DNA of 63,766 bases, filler included, from Dugesia japonica (GCA_001938525.1; 6 parts of 6 records of this genome joined end to end with filler, not necessarily neighbours in it), one strand, 5' to 3'. Shown: positions 27,458-40,401, counted from the first letter of the whole stretch. Translations and numbers: made by a program. Notes: a model not told the origin generated them from the sequence alone.

Positions 27458-29184
27458 GAAGCAAATGCGATATTCATAACTACTAATGCAATTGTAACTT
27501 ACAACCAAACTCAAGGTGTTTGTCCAGAAGTATATTTGTTTCAAATTTGATTTACCTCATTACATAACAGAATCCAAATGTGTTGAATTCAACTTGTGAA
27601 ACTGATGCTGATTGTCAGAAAAATAAAATTTTGTACTTGGGAAATGGTTGATTAATTTATTATTTATAATTATTGTCATTTAAATATAATTTACAAATAT
27701 ATTATTAAAGAAATGCTGTGTAAACAGAAAAAGAAAATAGTTAATCATATTATCTTAATCAATAAAGTTTTGATTTGAATTTCTTTTGATAATATTTCTT
27801 TAACTAAAAATTGTATTATTAATAAAGTAGTAGACATATATTTATTACTATTATTATTAATATTCATTATTAATATTAAATATTAATAATAAGTTTTAAT
27901 ATTAATGTTATTAATATAATATTCATTAATATAATAATAAGGTAGGCTTCATACTAAGGGAGCATCAACGTATCTTTTTTAATTGGCTCATATGTGCTAC
28001 ATTGACAGGTAACTAATTCAGCGCTGTCCAACTTATTGAGCCTGTGGGCCATTCTTTCTTTAGCAAGCATTTCGGGGGCAAAAAGGATTGGTAAATAAAA
28101 ATTTAGTTCAAAAGTTATTTTATTTATACTAAAAATCCAATAAAAAATAATAAATAACGATAAATAATGGAAACACGGTCAGAATATTACCAATGTATTT
28201 AATTGGAGCATTGTGGAAGTAGTTGTTGTGGCAAGTCTAATTATATTTTCAAGAGTGGAATCTTTAGAGCTTTTTCTATATTTTGACTTTCTATATTTCA
28301 TGTCAGAGAAAGCACACTCGCAGGTATATATACTTCTGAACATAGAAATAATTTGAAGTCCAAAATCTTTCATTTTTGGATATTTTTCTTTATACAAAAG
28401 TTTGAACACTTCTGTTTCAGTTGCTCTACTAGATGCAATAAATTGGTCATTGTCCCATAATTCTATTTGATATTTAAGCCCAACGTAGCTAATATCGATA
28501 TTGAATCAATCATTGAATAATTTAATACTTAGTTTAAGGTCATCAAATTGAGAAAATCTTGTATTAAAATCTACAGCTAGGATAGCTAATTTAGGTAAAA
28601 AAAATTTCAAAATACACTTCTGTATTATAGATGTAAATTTACTAACTCTCGGGCCGGCAGTTGGACGGCGATGAACTAGTTAATTGTTAAGTAAAAATAA
28701 GTTTTCAGAAAATTGATTTATATTAATAATTAATCATTATTGATTATTAAATCATTATTATTTATATTCGTTTTAAATGATAAATCTGGAATTAATTTTA
28801 CATTAGGACTCATGACTGGTAAATGTGTTCAATCTATTCCAGATATAAAGACATGTGAAATTTCAAGTTGGTGTCCCTTAGAAAATGATACTATGGAAAA
28901 TACAGACNATCATATGATAAAAGAAGTGCTAAATTACACAGTATTAATAAGAAATACAATCATATTTGATGATGTCAACGTGCAGAGGTTATTCAATATA
29001 TTTATATTATCTCTAATATTTTACTTGATTCAGATCAAATTTATTTGCATGCACAAGTGAAATAATTCCAGCGAGATGCATTTTCAACGCTTCAGATCAC
29101 TTGTTAAAATATTGCCCGATTTTCCAAGTTTCTTCATTAATAGGAACTATTAATAAAACAGAACTAACAGAATTATTAGTTTAT
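27458..29184 (+). CDS. P2X purinoceptor, internal ectodomain exons 27458-27529, 27571-27646, 28807-28987, 29034-29184 (partial gene)
   Basis: Spliced peptide EANAIFITTNAIVTYNQTQGVCPE-NPNVLNSTCETDADC..GNG-LMTGKCV..TCEISSWCPLE..NYTVLIRN..RSNL..CIFN..YCPIF has the P2X cysteine pattern and phase-consistent GT-AG introns. Confidence 0.9.
28019..28673 (-). mobile_element. Non-autonomous hAT (Charlie/SPIN-like) element in a P2X intron, retaining the transposase dimerisation domain
   Basis: TIRs CAGCGCTGTCCAAC / GTTGGACGGCGATG; TSD AACTAATT/AACTAGTT; YPKMKDFGLQIISMFRSIYTCECAFSDMKYRKSKYR. Confidence 0.9.
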
Positions 29185-31309
29185 GTAAGTTCATTTACAA
29201 GATATTTTACTTTACTTATTGAAATAACTCACATATTTTTAGATATTTTTTTATTTTAGTAGATGATGTAATGTTACTTATTTCAAATTTTCAATTATTT
29301 TTAATTAAAGACCATGTTAATTAGGAATTACCACTTCATTTTGACTGCATCATAATTTTTATCTTTACTAAAAATTTAATATAATACACTCAGCATTTAC
29401 ATAAAGTACAATAAAACTAGAAGATCAAGAATAAGGTCGACCAACTCCAAAGTAAAATAATTAATCAAGAAAGATCATAATATAAACAGGCCTGTAATGG
29501 ATTTATAATGCTTGTGATCAAAAATCACTTACAACAATTACATTAAAATCCAAGTTAGGTTCATTTATCACTGAAAAATTCATAAACCTTATTGGAATAA
29601 TAAAATTAAGTAAAGTAAAACAGAGAGTAAAATTAACTAATATCTAACATATATAATTAATTTAATTAAATTTCACAGGCGATAAATATCTAAAATAAAT
29701 CGATAAATGAACATGATGAATAAATCAATTGATACAAATAAATCAATTGATTATATATATTTCCTTTAAAAGTATTGATTTATTGATACATATGGTTGTT
29801 TATGTATTGCTAATATTTATTTAAATATTAGATTAGATTTTAAACAATATTTTCATTGTATCTAGCGTGTCACATTGACTTTTGATCAGATTACATAACA
29901 TAAATTGCATTATCAGATTACATTCAGTCATTTTTTAATGTTCATAGACATTATTCGATAAAAACAATTACGATTTCATAAAATAAACATAAAATGTTCA
30001 TAACATAATTTTTAATATAAGAAACAATATTCATATTTTTTGCTAAATATTTTTATTATTAGTTAAATTAATAATATTACAAGTTTCTATCTAAAATTCA
30101 TTCAACATTACAAAGTTGTTTTGAATTTTACAAAAGTTGAAAAAGATGATAATTTTCATATAATAATAATAAACTTGTAATATAATAAAACCAATAAAAT
30201 TGTCTTTCTTTAATGACTTAAATTTAGGTATATGCTTATATTGAATAATTTAAAAATCTTTTACTTAAAAATATCTTTTTACTTAAATCTTTTACGTGGT
30301 GCATACCACGTTTTATTATCTATATCATTTAGATTTAATTTTTATACATATATAATATTTTATCTGCTTTGTTTTAACCACGATTATTTATAATTTTAAA
30401 AATAAAAAGTATATTTCGATCGTTGCATTTGTTGGGGTCATGGGTGATATGGCTCAAAATATATATCACTCACAACCCTCAAACTGGGATTTAATTCAAG
30501 CTTAATCTATAATTCGTTATGCGCTAACGAATTTTATTTGGGATTTCCTTACTGTGGAAATTATAAACATGATAACTTGATGGTGGTAGGTGAGGTGATC
30601 TTAATTGAGACGGGGTCATTAATCAACGTCATGATAATTTCAAGGTCTATTGTGCTTATTTTGATGTAAAAGGGAATAGCTTGAATATTGTTAATTGGAG
30701 GGTTCTAATTAGTGCCTCCAATAATAATTACCGTAGGGTTTGCATACTAAAACTAATGATTTTAACTTTACCTATAGTACTTATTAATGTAATTGTGGTA
30801 GTTGTATTAACAAATGATTTTATTGTTAATGATGACGATAATAACCATACTGGTAACAATACTAATACTAACGATCAATATAATACAAATGCTAATAGTA
30901 ATAATAATATGCATAGTAATAATAAAATCATAATGATAAGGATAATAATAGTGGCATGAATAATAATAATGGCTAAATTAAGGAAAGTGTTAACGACAAT
31001 AATGATATTCATAATAATCAATAACAATAATGGTGATGATAACGATACTGATATTAATAGTGGCCGTTATAATGTTAGCATTAATTTTATTACTAATACT
31101 AGTATTAATAATAATAGTAACAGTAATAATAACAATGAAAATAATAATCATACTAATAATNNNNNNNNNNNNNNNNNNNNNNNNNNNNNNNNNNNNNNNN
31201 NNNNTTAATTAATTAANNNNNNNNNNNNNNNNNNNNNNNNNNNNNNNNNNNNNNNNNNNNCAATAATAACAATTTCTCTGAGTTAAAGATATATATTTTA
31301 TTAATCCAA

Positions 31310-31720
31310 CTACAACAGTCCGACTCTTTCCAGTCCTAACAACTGACGCACTATCTGTGCCTCCTCCTTTTCCAATTCGGCCTCTTCTGCTTCTGTCAGC
31401 GTTCTGACGTTGGAGATTTNNNNNNNGCGCTCGGTAGAGGAATCCGGTACCTCCGAATCTCCTTCTTTCTCCACCTCTTGTTTGCATTTCCTCTCGAAAT
31501 TACTCATCATCAAATGGGCCTCTCGGATCACTAGTTGCAAGTGGGCGATTTCCAAATCCGCCTGCAGGTTTGCAACCGTCTTCCGCCATTCTTCCTCCTT
31601 CTGCTTGAGCATCACTTGGACTTCCGACCATTCCACATATAAATATCCGTCTTGATCAATATACACACTCGGATCGTCCTTAGATTCCTCACTACCCGCA
31701 TTCTGATTTGGTTCCTGCAT
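31310..31720 (-). CDS. Unknown acidic/coiled-coil protein, probably an accessory ORF of a repeat
   Basis: 136-aa ORF with higher GC than its flanks and an AG acceptor-like context upstream; no recognised family. Confidence 0.4.
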   Translation of the reverse strand: MQEPNQNAGSEESKDDPSVYIDQDGYLYVEWSEVQVMLKQKEEEWRKTVANLQADLEIAHLQLVIREAHLMMSNFERKCKQEVEKEGDSEVPDSSTERXXXISNVRTLTEAEEAELEKEEAQIVRQLLGLERVGLL

Positions 31721-33492
31721 CTATAACCAATCAATTACAGATATTCGACTCCATTTTAATAAATAAAACAACAAAAAAAATCATAAACGATTCTTCGGCC
31801 TTGGGCCTATCAATTCCTCTCCCCCTCTTCATGACGCGAACCAGAGAAGATGGTCACTAATTGCGAGCATCTTTTCTCGTTCCCGTCATCTTCAAGCGCT
31901 GTTAAGATTTCCCTCCATTTTCAACATGATTCTTCTCACTACACATACCACACCAAATATCGGTCGATTCACCGGGCAGTGATAATACTTAGCTGCCAAA
32001 AAAAAATAATAATTCTTTGATAAACCGAATTTAAAATAGTAATCACTACAACTCAAGTTAAGGTATCTACTCCTAATNNNNNNNNNNNNNTACGGACATT
32101 AATAAAATGGCATTCGTACAAACTGTCACTACATCTAAAAGATGCAGCTTGACTGTCCGACTCGCCAAAAAAAACAAATCATATAATAGTAAAAAATATA
32201 AGATGAATATTAACATAGTATACCCGAGATCGTTACTATAACGAAACGCTATAGCAAAACCTCCCAGACTGCTAGAAAAATATGATCCACCGCAAGTTAT
32301 TTCGATTCGCATAGATTTCGAAATATTTACTTCCGGACCTGGACATTAAAATTTAATACTACAAGGAGAAACTCAATGGTAACTAAAGGTTACGGCTGAA
32401 AGTTCCTCCAATTTATGAACATTAGTAACTTTAATGCCAAGAGGAAAAACCCANCTATAACTAAAAGTTACAGCTGAAAGTTCTTCCAATCGCATAAAAG
32501 GCATAAACGATATAGTATGAATTCCTTTAATATAATAATAACAAAATTTCAAAACAAAATTAATGATAACGAAAATATATCATTATAAAAATTTTAATCG
32601 ATATAATTATTTTAAAAACTTAAAAAATTTTACTAAAAGAAAATTCAAAGCAAAAATATCCTAACCACACGAGCATAACATATTTTTTATCACGGGCAAG
32701 TCATAATTAATCATCTCCACATAACTGACCGAGCTCTTACATCCGGGCATCTTTTGAACGTACGCCTAATCACTACTACATTGNNNNNNNNNNNNNNNNN
32801 NNNNNNNNNNNNNNNNNNNNNNNNNNNNNNNNNNNNNNNNNNNNNNNNNNNNNNNNNNNNNNNNNNNNNNNNNNNNNNNNNNNNNNNNNNNNNNNNNNNN
32901 NNNNNNNNNNNNNNNNNNNNNNNNNNNNNNNNNNNNNNNNNNNNNNNNNNNNNNNNNNNNNNNNNNNNNNNNNNNNNNNNNNNNNCTTGTGTTTTTCCTT
33001 GTTTTCTTTTTTCCACTTGTTCGATCTGATTTCTCCCAAGAATTGTAGTTTCTCCTCCAACAATTAACTTCTCGGCTCCAATAATTAATCCTTGATCCAA
33101 ATTTGAAATAACATTCTTCTTAGCTATCGTAATTTTACCTTAAGAATATTTTAATAAACTTTCTAACTATTTTTTCGAGCGCAGTCCTTTTTATATGATT
33201 TTCTATTCGCTTTCTCATTAGCTAACCAATCATCTGCAATTTTCACTCCATTTGGGCAGATGATTGGTGCAGTTGGTGTGCCATCTTCTTCTCTCGTTGT
33301 GGCAGCATAATTTGTGCACACCAACTNNNNNNNNNNNNNNNNNNNNNNNNNNNNNNNNNNNNNNNNNNNNNNNNNNNNNNNNNNNNNNNNNNNNNNNNNN
33401 NNNNNNNNNNNNNNNNNNNNNNNNNNNNNNNNNNNNNNNNNNNNNNNNNNNNNNNNNNNNNNNNNNNNNNNNNNNNNNNNNNNNNNNNNNNN

Positions 33493-33860
33493 GATAATAT
33501 CCATTACTATAATAACTATAACAGGTCGTAGAGACCTTTTTAATATAATATTATAATATTGTAGTTCATTATTCTTATTTCTTTCCTCTTTCCCTTTCTT
33601 CTGATCTTAGTTTCAATTTTGTCCCGTAAAATTTGGGTCTTTCCTGCCCAATTTTTTTTCCGTTATTTTATAATATTCTCTTCAATTATAATAATAATAA
33701 TTACATAATAATAATATCCATAATAATAATAATAATTTTCTTAATAACAATTTTGGTCCAGTTCATCAATTTTGTACAGATTCTTCGTCATTTTATATAT
33801 TTTCACGATTCCCTATTTCTATACTTCGTCGACTAATTTTGGTGTTCCAGCCCAAAAGAT
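33493..33860 (-). repeat. Unclassified repeat, homologous to 53288-53650
   Basis: Colinear blocks such as GATAATATCCAT, TCGTAGAGACC, TTGGGTC, CCAGTTCATCAATTTTGT and GTTCCAGCCCAA occur in both copies. Confidence 0.8.
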
Positions 33861-34230
33861 ATTTAAAATTACAAAAGAAAAAAATATAACTGAAGAAAAT
33901 AGAAACATTTTTAATTCGCTACTAATATTTATTATATCTCTTATAACAGATCTCAAATGTAAAAATTTGTTAAAAGAAAATAACTCAGAATCAAAATCAT
34001 TATTAAAATTAAAACCAAAAATTATAGAATATAAAGATGTAAGTTTTTCTATTACACTAAAAGAAATAAATTCTAAACCAAGTAAAAAACNATTAGAAAT
34101 TTTATATAANAGTTTGGAAAATATAAATGAGAAATATAAACGCGTAAAAGTTCCAGAAGGATGTGGCAGTATAAAAAGAGCATCAGCCAAAAAACTATAT
34201 TTTAAAAATGTCTGAAAATCCATTTTTAAC

Positions 34231-34635
34231 TTGTTAAAAGAATATGATTTTAAGGAGAACTCAGTAAAAGAATTTTCTAAAATTCATGGACTAAGTGAAA
34301 TAACTGTAAGAAAGTATTTAAATAAATTTAATATTCCTTATAATAAAAAAATCCAAAAAATAATATTATATAGAAAACCAAATGGAAGATTTATGTCAGT
34401 ATTAGATAGATATGAACCCGTGAAAAATTATGAACCCGCGAAAAAAAATGAACCCGCGAAAAAATATGAACCCGTGAAAAATTATGATGATTCTTTTTTT
34501 AATCAAATGCGTGAAGCAATCGATGAAGGAATAGAAGTCCATAACAAAAAGCGTAAAGAAAAGCTTAAAGAAATGCATAGCAAAACCCATTACGGTAAAA
34601 ATAAAAAAACACACCCCTATAAAAAATTACTATAG
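34231..34635 (+). CDS. Small putative HTH DNA-binding protein with EP(A/V)K repeats
   Basis: SVKEFSKIHGLSEITVRKYLNKFNI resembles a helix-turn-helix; four 18-21 bp internal repeats. Confidence 0.5.
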   Translation: MLKEYDFKENSVKEFSKIHGLSEITVRKYLNKFNIPYNKKIQKIILYRKPNGRFMSVLDRYEPVKNYEPAKKNEPAKKYEPVKNYDDSFFNQMREAIDEGIEVHNKKRKEKLKEMHSKTHYGKNKKTHPYKKLL

Positions 34636-34638
34636 AAA

Positions 34639-35888
34639 ATGGAGACAAAAATAAATCTCGATAATAATATTATTTTTACTCANNNNNNNNNNNNNNNNNN
34701 NNNNNNNNNNNNNNNNNNNNNNNNNNNNNNNNNNNNNNNNNNNNNNNNNNNNNNNNNNNNNNNNNNNNNNNNNNNNNAATCCACAAATCCTTTAGATATT
34801 TGTAACGCAATGCTATATTTTAAAATTGAAACAGAAATTGAAAAAGATAAAACTTTAACTTTAGAAAATAATTTTTTCCCATCTTTATTTAAAACAATGA
34901 GATTAAGACTTGGAGCATCCGATGTAGAAACCATAAATGATCCTGGTACAATATCAACAATGTTAAATTTTATTTAAACAACTTACATTCATAGAAAAGT
35001 ATATGGAGAATTATCAGGATGGATTTTAGATGAAGCCCGAAGAAAAAAATTATATGAATTAAAAACATTTGAAGGATATTTTCCATTAAGAATTTTATTT
35101 GGTTTTATGAAAAATTTTAATAGAGTTCTTTACAATACAATGATTGAATTTTGTTGTAATCGCCAACTAGAAGATAAATTAATATTTAAAGGAGATGGCA
35201 CAGCTAAAATAAAATTAATAACATTAGAATTACACATTCCAGAATGTAGAATTACACCAAAAATGGAATTAATACTTTTAGAAAGAATTTCAACAGATAA
35301 ACCAATTAAGGTTGCATTTTTAAATAGAATAACAGGTAAAATGACATTAGACTCTGGAAATTATTCTTCTTATAAAATTAGTAATCTTTCATATAAACCA
35401 AGATATATTTTTATTGTGATAAAAGATGAAAACATTTCTTTTTCAAAATTAAATAATTTATTTATACAAAAACAGTCAAAGTCGATGCAAAAGATGTACC
35501 CAAAGATTATTATTTAAAAACTATGCAAATACAATTAAATAATAATTACTATCCAATTAATGAATGCAAATTTAATATGGAGAATAATGAAATGATTTAT
35601 CCTTATTTAAATTATGTAAAATGTTGTCAAGACTTTTTCGTAGAACCGCAATTAACACTTTTAGAATTTATTAATGATTATCCAATTTTCTGTTTTGATG
35701 TAACAGCACAAGATGATCGATTAAATATTAATAATGTTGATGTTACACTTCACATTACAAAAGATCCAAAATTTACAGGAAATCTTTATTGGTGCATTCT
35801 TGAAGAAAAACATATAGAAATGAAATTAGCAAATATTAAAATTGCCATGGTAGAAAATGTTCGCGGTGTTGAATTTTTAAATAAGTAA
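34639..35888 (+). pseudogene. Double jelly-roll major capsid protein (Polinton/adintovirus hexon-like)
   Basis: NNFFPSLFKTMRL..VETINDPGTISTM, FPLRILFGF, KPRYIF, QLNNNYYP, YPIFCFDVTAQ; one stop at 34975 and one frameshift near 35500. Confidence 0.85.
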
Positions 35889-35989
35889 AATGGTCAAGTC
35901 AACAAAATTTACTTGTGAAAAATGTCATAGAACTTTATTAAAAAAAATAAAGCTCGACACGTAAAAATCAAGTTTTGTTAGTTACATTT

Positions 35990-36310
35990 TAAAACCATTT
36001 ACATGGGAAAAATATGAAGGCGAACGACATTTACCCGGGCATAATTATACTGTACCAGGAACTAGATTAGATATTAGACTTGATGAAAATAATATTCCGA
36101 AAGAGGGAGAAGAACCAGTTAACCGAATTTATGGAGCGGCACTTAAACATGACATTGCTTATTATTCAGAAGACATGAGAGATCGACATGTTGCAGATGC
36201 TCATTTAATAGAAGATATTAATAATATTGAAGATCCTACTTGGGCAGAAAGATTTCAAAGCGCTCTTGAAAAATTAGCAATGAAGGCAAAATTAATGATA
36301 GGCCAGGGAG
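35990..36310 (+). pseudogene. Parvovirus VP1u-type phospholipase A2 domain
   Basis: Frame from 36001: HLPGHNYTVPGT...PVNRIYGAALKHDIAY...RHVAD, matching YxGPG...DxxAxxHDxxY...AD with G-to-V and D-to-Y changes. Confidence 0.88.
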
Positions 36311-36319
36311 TGAGCAAAA

Positions 36320-37051
36320 TGAGACAAATAAAAAAAATAGAAACGAATGAAGTCCGCCCAGAAGCAAACAATCTTCGTCGCGATAATAAAAAACCAAGTC
36401 AATTTTTAAAAGTAACAGTAAGCGCACCCGACGAAACTTAGTCTGCAGATTTAACATTTTATAATAAGCGAGTAATATTAACTGTGATTGATATTTATAC
36501 AAGATTTGCTTTTGTTGAACTTTCTAAAAATAAAACCGGTCCAGAGGTTACTAAAGCATTTGAAAGAATTTTAGAAAAAAATATTTACACTCCAGATAAT
36601 TTATGGGTTGATAAAAGAAAAGAATTTTGCAATTCATTATTTACTGCTTTTTGTGAAAAAAATTCTATTAACCGCTATTCTACTTTACTACCGTTGGGAA
36701 TCAACAAATCACTCTTGAGTTATTACAAGAAATAGTAGACAATTACAACAACACAATTCATTCTTCAATTAATAAAACTCCTGCAGAAGCATACAAAACT
36801 GGGGGAACAAAAGAACAAGTTCAAAATGAAATATATAAAAACCAAAATTAAAAATAGGAGATCGTGTGTAAGTATTTATTACTAAAAAAAATATTTTAGG
36901 AAAAGCATATAGATTTAAATGGACTGTTAAAATTTATACTGTTACAAAAAGATATTTAACAATTCCGCCAACATATCAAATTACAGATTTTAATGGGAAA
37001 AAAATTCTTGGAAGATTTTATGAGAGCGAGTTACAAAAGATTTTTCTATAA
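36320..37051 (+). pseudogene. Retroviral-like (rve) Polinton integrase
   Basis: DET*SADL (W to stop), ILTVIDIYTRFA, LWVDKRKEF, YNNTIHSSINKTP, KIGDRV, GRFYESELQK; the catalytic E segment appears deleted. Confidence 0.88.
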
Positions 37052-37056
37052 AAAGG

Positions 37057-37813
37057 ATGAGTAATTTCGTTTGGAAAAAAGACAAGGTAATTTTTAAAAA
37101 TAAAATTTTTCCTAATAATTTTATATTGTTGATAATTGGATCTTCTGGTTGTGGAAAAAATGTTTTATTAACACAAATGTTACTTACACCTGATTTTCTT
37201 GATTATGATAATTTAATATTTTACTCAACCACAATTAATCAATTTGAAGTGCAATTAAACAAAACAGGGATTTATAAATGGTTTAACAAAAGAAGATATT
37301 TTATTAATTTTTGAGAAACTAGCGATTGTTCCAAAATTCTGTGACACACCAAGTGAGGTTATAAAATTTTTTATTGATAAGAAATTTATAATAAAAAAAC
37401 CACAAACAATAGATGTAATTCTAAGCTATAAACCGGATGACATTCTTTGTTGTGACCAATTTTAAAAGAATAAAAAAAATCTTGTAATTTTTGATGATGT
37501 TGTAAATGAAAAAAATCAACAAATTCAAAAAAGTTATTTTACTCGAGGTCGGCATTCTAATTGCAATGTGATTTATATTTCCCAAACATATTTTCATCTC
37601 AATAAAAATTCAATACAAAATAATAGTAACTGTTTTATATTTTTCCGTTTAAATAAAAGAGATCGGGATAGTGTTTATAGTGATTTATTTTCTTTTGTAT
37701 TTCGCGATAAAGATGAATATGATTATGAAGTAAATTTTCACTGGAAAAAACCATATACATATTTTTATTTAAACCAATTAACAAATGAAGTTACAACCGA
37801 TATTTTTACTTAG
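37057..37813 (+). pseudogene. A32/FtsK-like genome packaging ATPase
   Basis: Walker A IIGSSGCGK, Walker B LVIFDD, FTRGRHSNCNVIYISQ; frameshifted. Confidence 0.92.
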
Positions 37814-37817
37814 AAAA

Positions 37818-38420
37818 ATGGCGAGCGAAGCGACACAACCGAAGGGCAGTACAATCGAAAATATAACAGAAGAAGAATTAAGAAAATTAATAAATTCAAA
37901 TCATACTAGAACAGTTAAAATTAATGGTAAAAGTTATTGGATAGGTAAAAAAGTAAACGAAGAAATTAGAAAACGAGAAGAAAAAGAAGGCGGCTTTATT
38001 CCATTATTAGCTTTTATACCCGCGCTACTTGCATTTCTTGGAGGTGTTGGCAAAGTCACAGCCGTCGCAACCGGAATTGCAGGCGCGGCAGGCGGAATTG
38101 CCACCCTCGTTAAAAATTCGCGAGATGCGCACAATTCGAAACTTGTAACTGAAAAGTTGGAATATGAAAAAGCACAACGAGAAAAACCAACTACTGATAT
38201 TCCAACTCAAAATTCAACTCCAACTCCAATTCCGACTCCAACTCAAAATAAAGATGAAGTTCAATATATAATTGAAATACAAGGGCAGGCAATTTATAAA
38301 TATTTAAAAAATCAAAATTTAAATCCATCAAAAAAATTTTAAAAAAGGAGGGGGATTATATTTAAGACCATATGATGGAGACGGAATTTATTTAAACCCT
38401 TATAAAAATGGCGAGCGATG
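37818..38420 (+). CDS. Putative protease-processed virion core/membrane-active protein
   Basis: EGG|FIPLLAFIPALLAFLGG|VG amphipathic Gly/Ala-rich segment; downstream GGGLYLRPYDGDGIYLNPY repeats after a frameshift. Confidence 0.6.
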
Positions 38421-38914
38421 GTTATATTTTATTAGAACCTAGAATTAATGAATTAAACAAATAATTGAAAAAGAAGAAATATATAATCAATTTATAACTA
38501 GTAAAGTTCTTGCATCTAAAAATCTTCTTTCTTCTATTGCTTTTCAACAACAACCAATAATTTTAGCTTTATAAAAAACTGTTACACAACAATTACAACC
38601 ACTTACACCAGTACAACCAAAAATAGAACCAGGACAAGAAGTAAAACAATAGCTCCACCATTAATTCAACCAATATTAGATCCAATATTAATACCTAAAA
38701 AAGAAGAATTAAAATTTGAAAATTTAACTCCTATGAATATACAAAATAATCAAGTTGATATTGAAAAAAAATTTTTTATTTCAGAAAAAATATTACCAAA
38801 AATTTCTTATGATGCAATTAATGAAAAAGCCTTTCCAACTATTAATATTGATAATAATAAAATATATTTACTTGAAAAAGATTCTGGTCAATTTTTATTT
38901 GTTGGAGATAAGAT

Positions 38915-39283
38915 TTGGTGAAAATAGTTTTAGGCCATGCAGAGAAAATGGGTAATATAGAAAAGGAAGATGCATTTACTTATCAATATGGTTTAAATAT
39001 TAAACATCGAAGTAATTCCAAATATATAAAGGTAGTAAAATCAAAAGTAAAATCATCATCACTAGAAGATTTAGATCAACCCCATAGAAGAACATCATTC
39101 TTAACAGCTGGCAACAGGATTGCAAGTCCAGATAATTTATTTGAAAAATTAATTGTTTTACTTTCTGCTAGAAAAGCAGGTCATGAAAATGTTTCCCCAG
39201 AAATAAAATTAATTTGTAAAAAATTAAAAAATAAAAAATTAATTTCAAAAGAGAAATATAAAAAATATCAAAAATATTTCTAA
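38915..39283 (+). CDS. Conserved Polinton helical protein of unknown function (C-terminal part)
   Basis: DNLFEKLIVLLSARKAGHENVSPEIKLICKKL resembles the L.LL.AS..AGN...EI..I...L motif found upstream of Polinton penton genes. Confidence 0.55.
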   Translation: MVKIVLGHAEKMGNIEKEDAFTYQYGLNIKHRSNSKYIKVVKSKVKSSSLEDLDQPHRRTSFLTAGNRIASPDNLFEKLIVLLSARKAGHENVSPEIKLICKKLKNKKLISKEKYKKYQKYF

Positions 39284-39288
39284 TAAAA

Positions 39289-39965
39289 ATGTCTCATCAG
39301 TTTTTAGTTACTGGTAAAGGATCGAAATTAGAAGTTAATTTAAAAAGGCCATTAGATTTAAAAGATGAATATGAAATTGCCTTAATTTGTTTTCCTGTTT
39401 ATAATTCAATTTTTAATGTTGAACGAGATGATGTTAATTTTACAAGAAAAAATTCATTAAACAATTAAACAAGAAAAAATTCATCCTGGTGCTTATGAGG
39501 TTGAAAAGATTTCAGAGAAAATAAAAGACCTTGGAATGGAGATAACTTTAGACACATCAACCGGAAAATCTTTACTTATAACTGCAGAAAATATAATTTT
39601 AAAATTTGATGAGAAATCTTTCTTTTGTAAACTTTTAGGTTTTAAACCAAAAGAGTACCCAACAGGAAAATATTATTCAGATGAAAAAATAAATATTTCT
39701 GATATTAATACAATTAACATTACTTGTAATATAGTAAAGGGNAATTATATAAATAATAAACAATCTAATTTATTATATTCATTTCCAACAAACACTGTAA
39801 GCTTTGGATATAAAATTGTTGAAAGACCATCACCGCCTATTTACTCAAGAATATCTTCTAGTTATATTGATGGTTTTAGATTTGAAATTATTGATGAAAA
39901 TTTTAAACTTATTGATTTTAATAATGAAACAATTGCATTAATTATTCATTTGAGAAAATGCTTCA
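39289..39965 (+). pseudogene. Single jelly-roll minor capsid protein (penton)
   Basis: RPLDLKDEYEIAL..YNSIFNV, PGAYEV, INITCNIV, GYKIVERP.PPIY, IIDENFKLIDFNNE..IHLRK; one frameshift. Confidence 0.88.
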
Positions 39966-40401
39966 TAATGCCAACAGCAAACCAAAAGTTTTGAATTTTT
40001 TAAAAACATTTGGAATTACAACAACTACAAATTTTGATCTTTATTCTATTGCAGACTTTTTAAATATTCCATTAGAAATTTACATGAAAAATGAATTGCC
40101 TAATAAATTTGAAAATAATATGAATTATATTTTTAATTATCAAAATTCAACTCAAAAAGGATCTCATTGGGTCGCATTAAAAAATAAACATTATTTTAAC
40201 TCTTTTGGTTTAAAACCTTTTCATGAAGATCTTGAGCCCCATGTAATAAAATTTAATGAAAAACAAGTTCAACCTTTTGAAACAAAAATTTGTGGTGTAC
40301 TTTGTATTTATTTTCTTTATAGTTTTCCCGAAAAATCTTTTGATGAAATTATTACTGAAATAAATGAATGCATATGGACGCCGATCACAGGCAAGGAATG
40401 A
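39958..40401 (+). CDS. Adenain-like (Ulp1/CE clan) maturation protease
   Basis: GSHWVAL (His), YFNSFG (Asp position is Asn), QVQ...ICGVLC (oxyanion Gln and catalytic Cys). Confidence 0.88.
   Translation: MLHNANSKPKVLNFLKTFGITTTTNFDLYSIADFLNIPLEIYMKNELPNKFENNMNYIFNYQNSTQKGSHWVALKNKHYFNSFGLKPFHEDLEPHVIKFNEKQVQPFETKICGVLCIYFLYSFPEKSFDEIITEINECIWTPITGKE

Noticed and set aside
30681-31212. Asn/Ile-rich ORFs, and the X-rich ORFs throughout the window
   Set aside because: Products of decayed (AAT)n low-complexity DNA or of N gaps.
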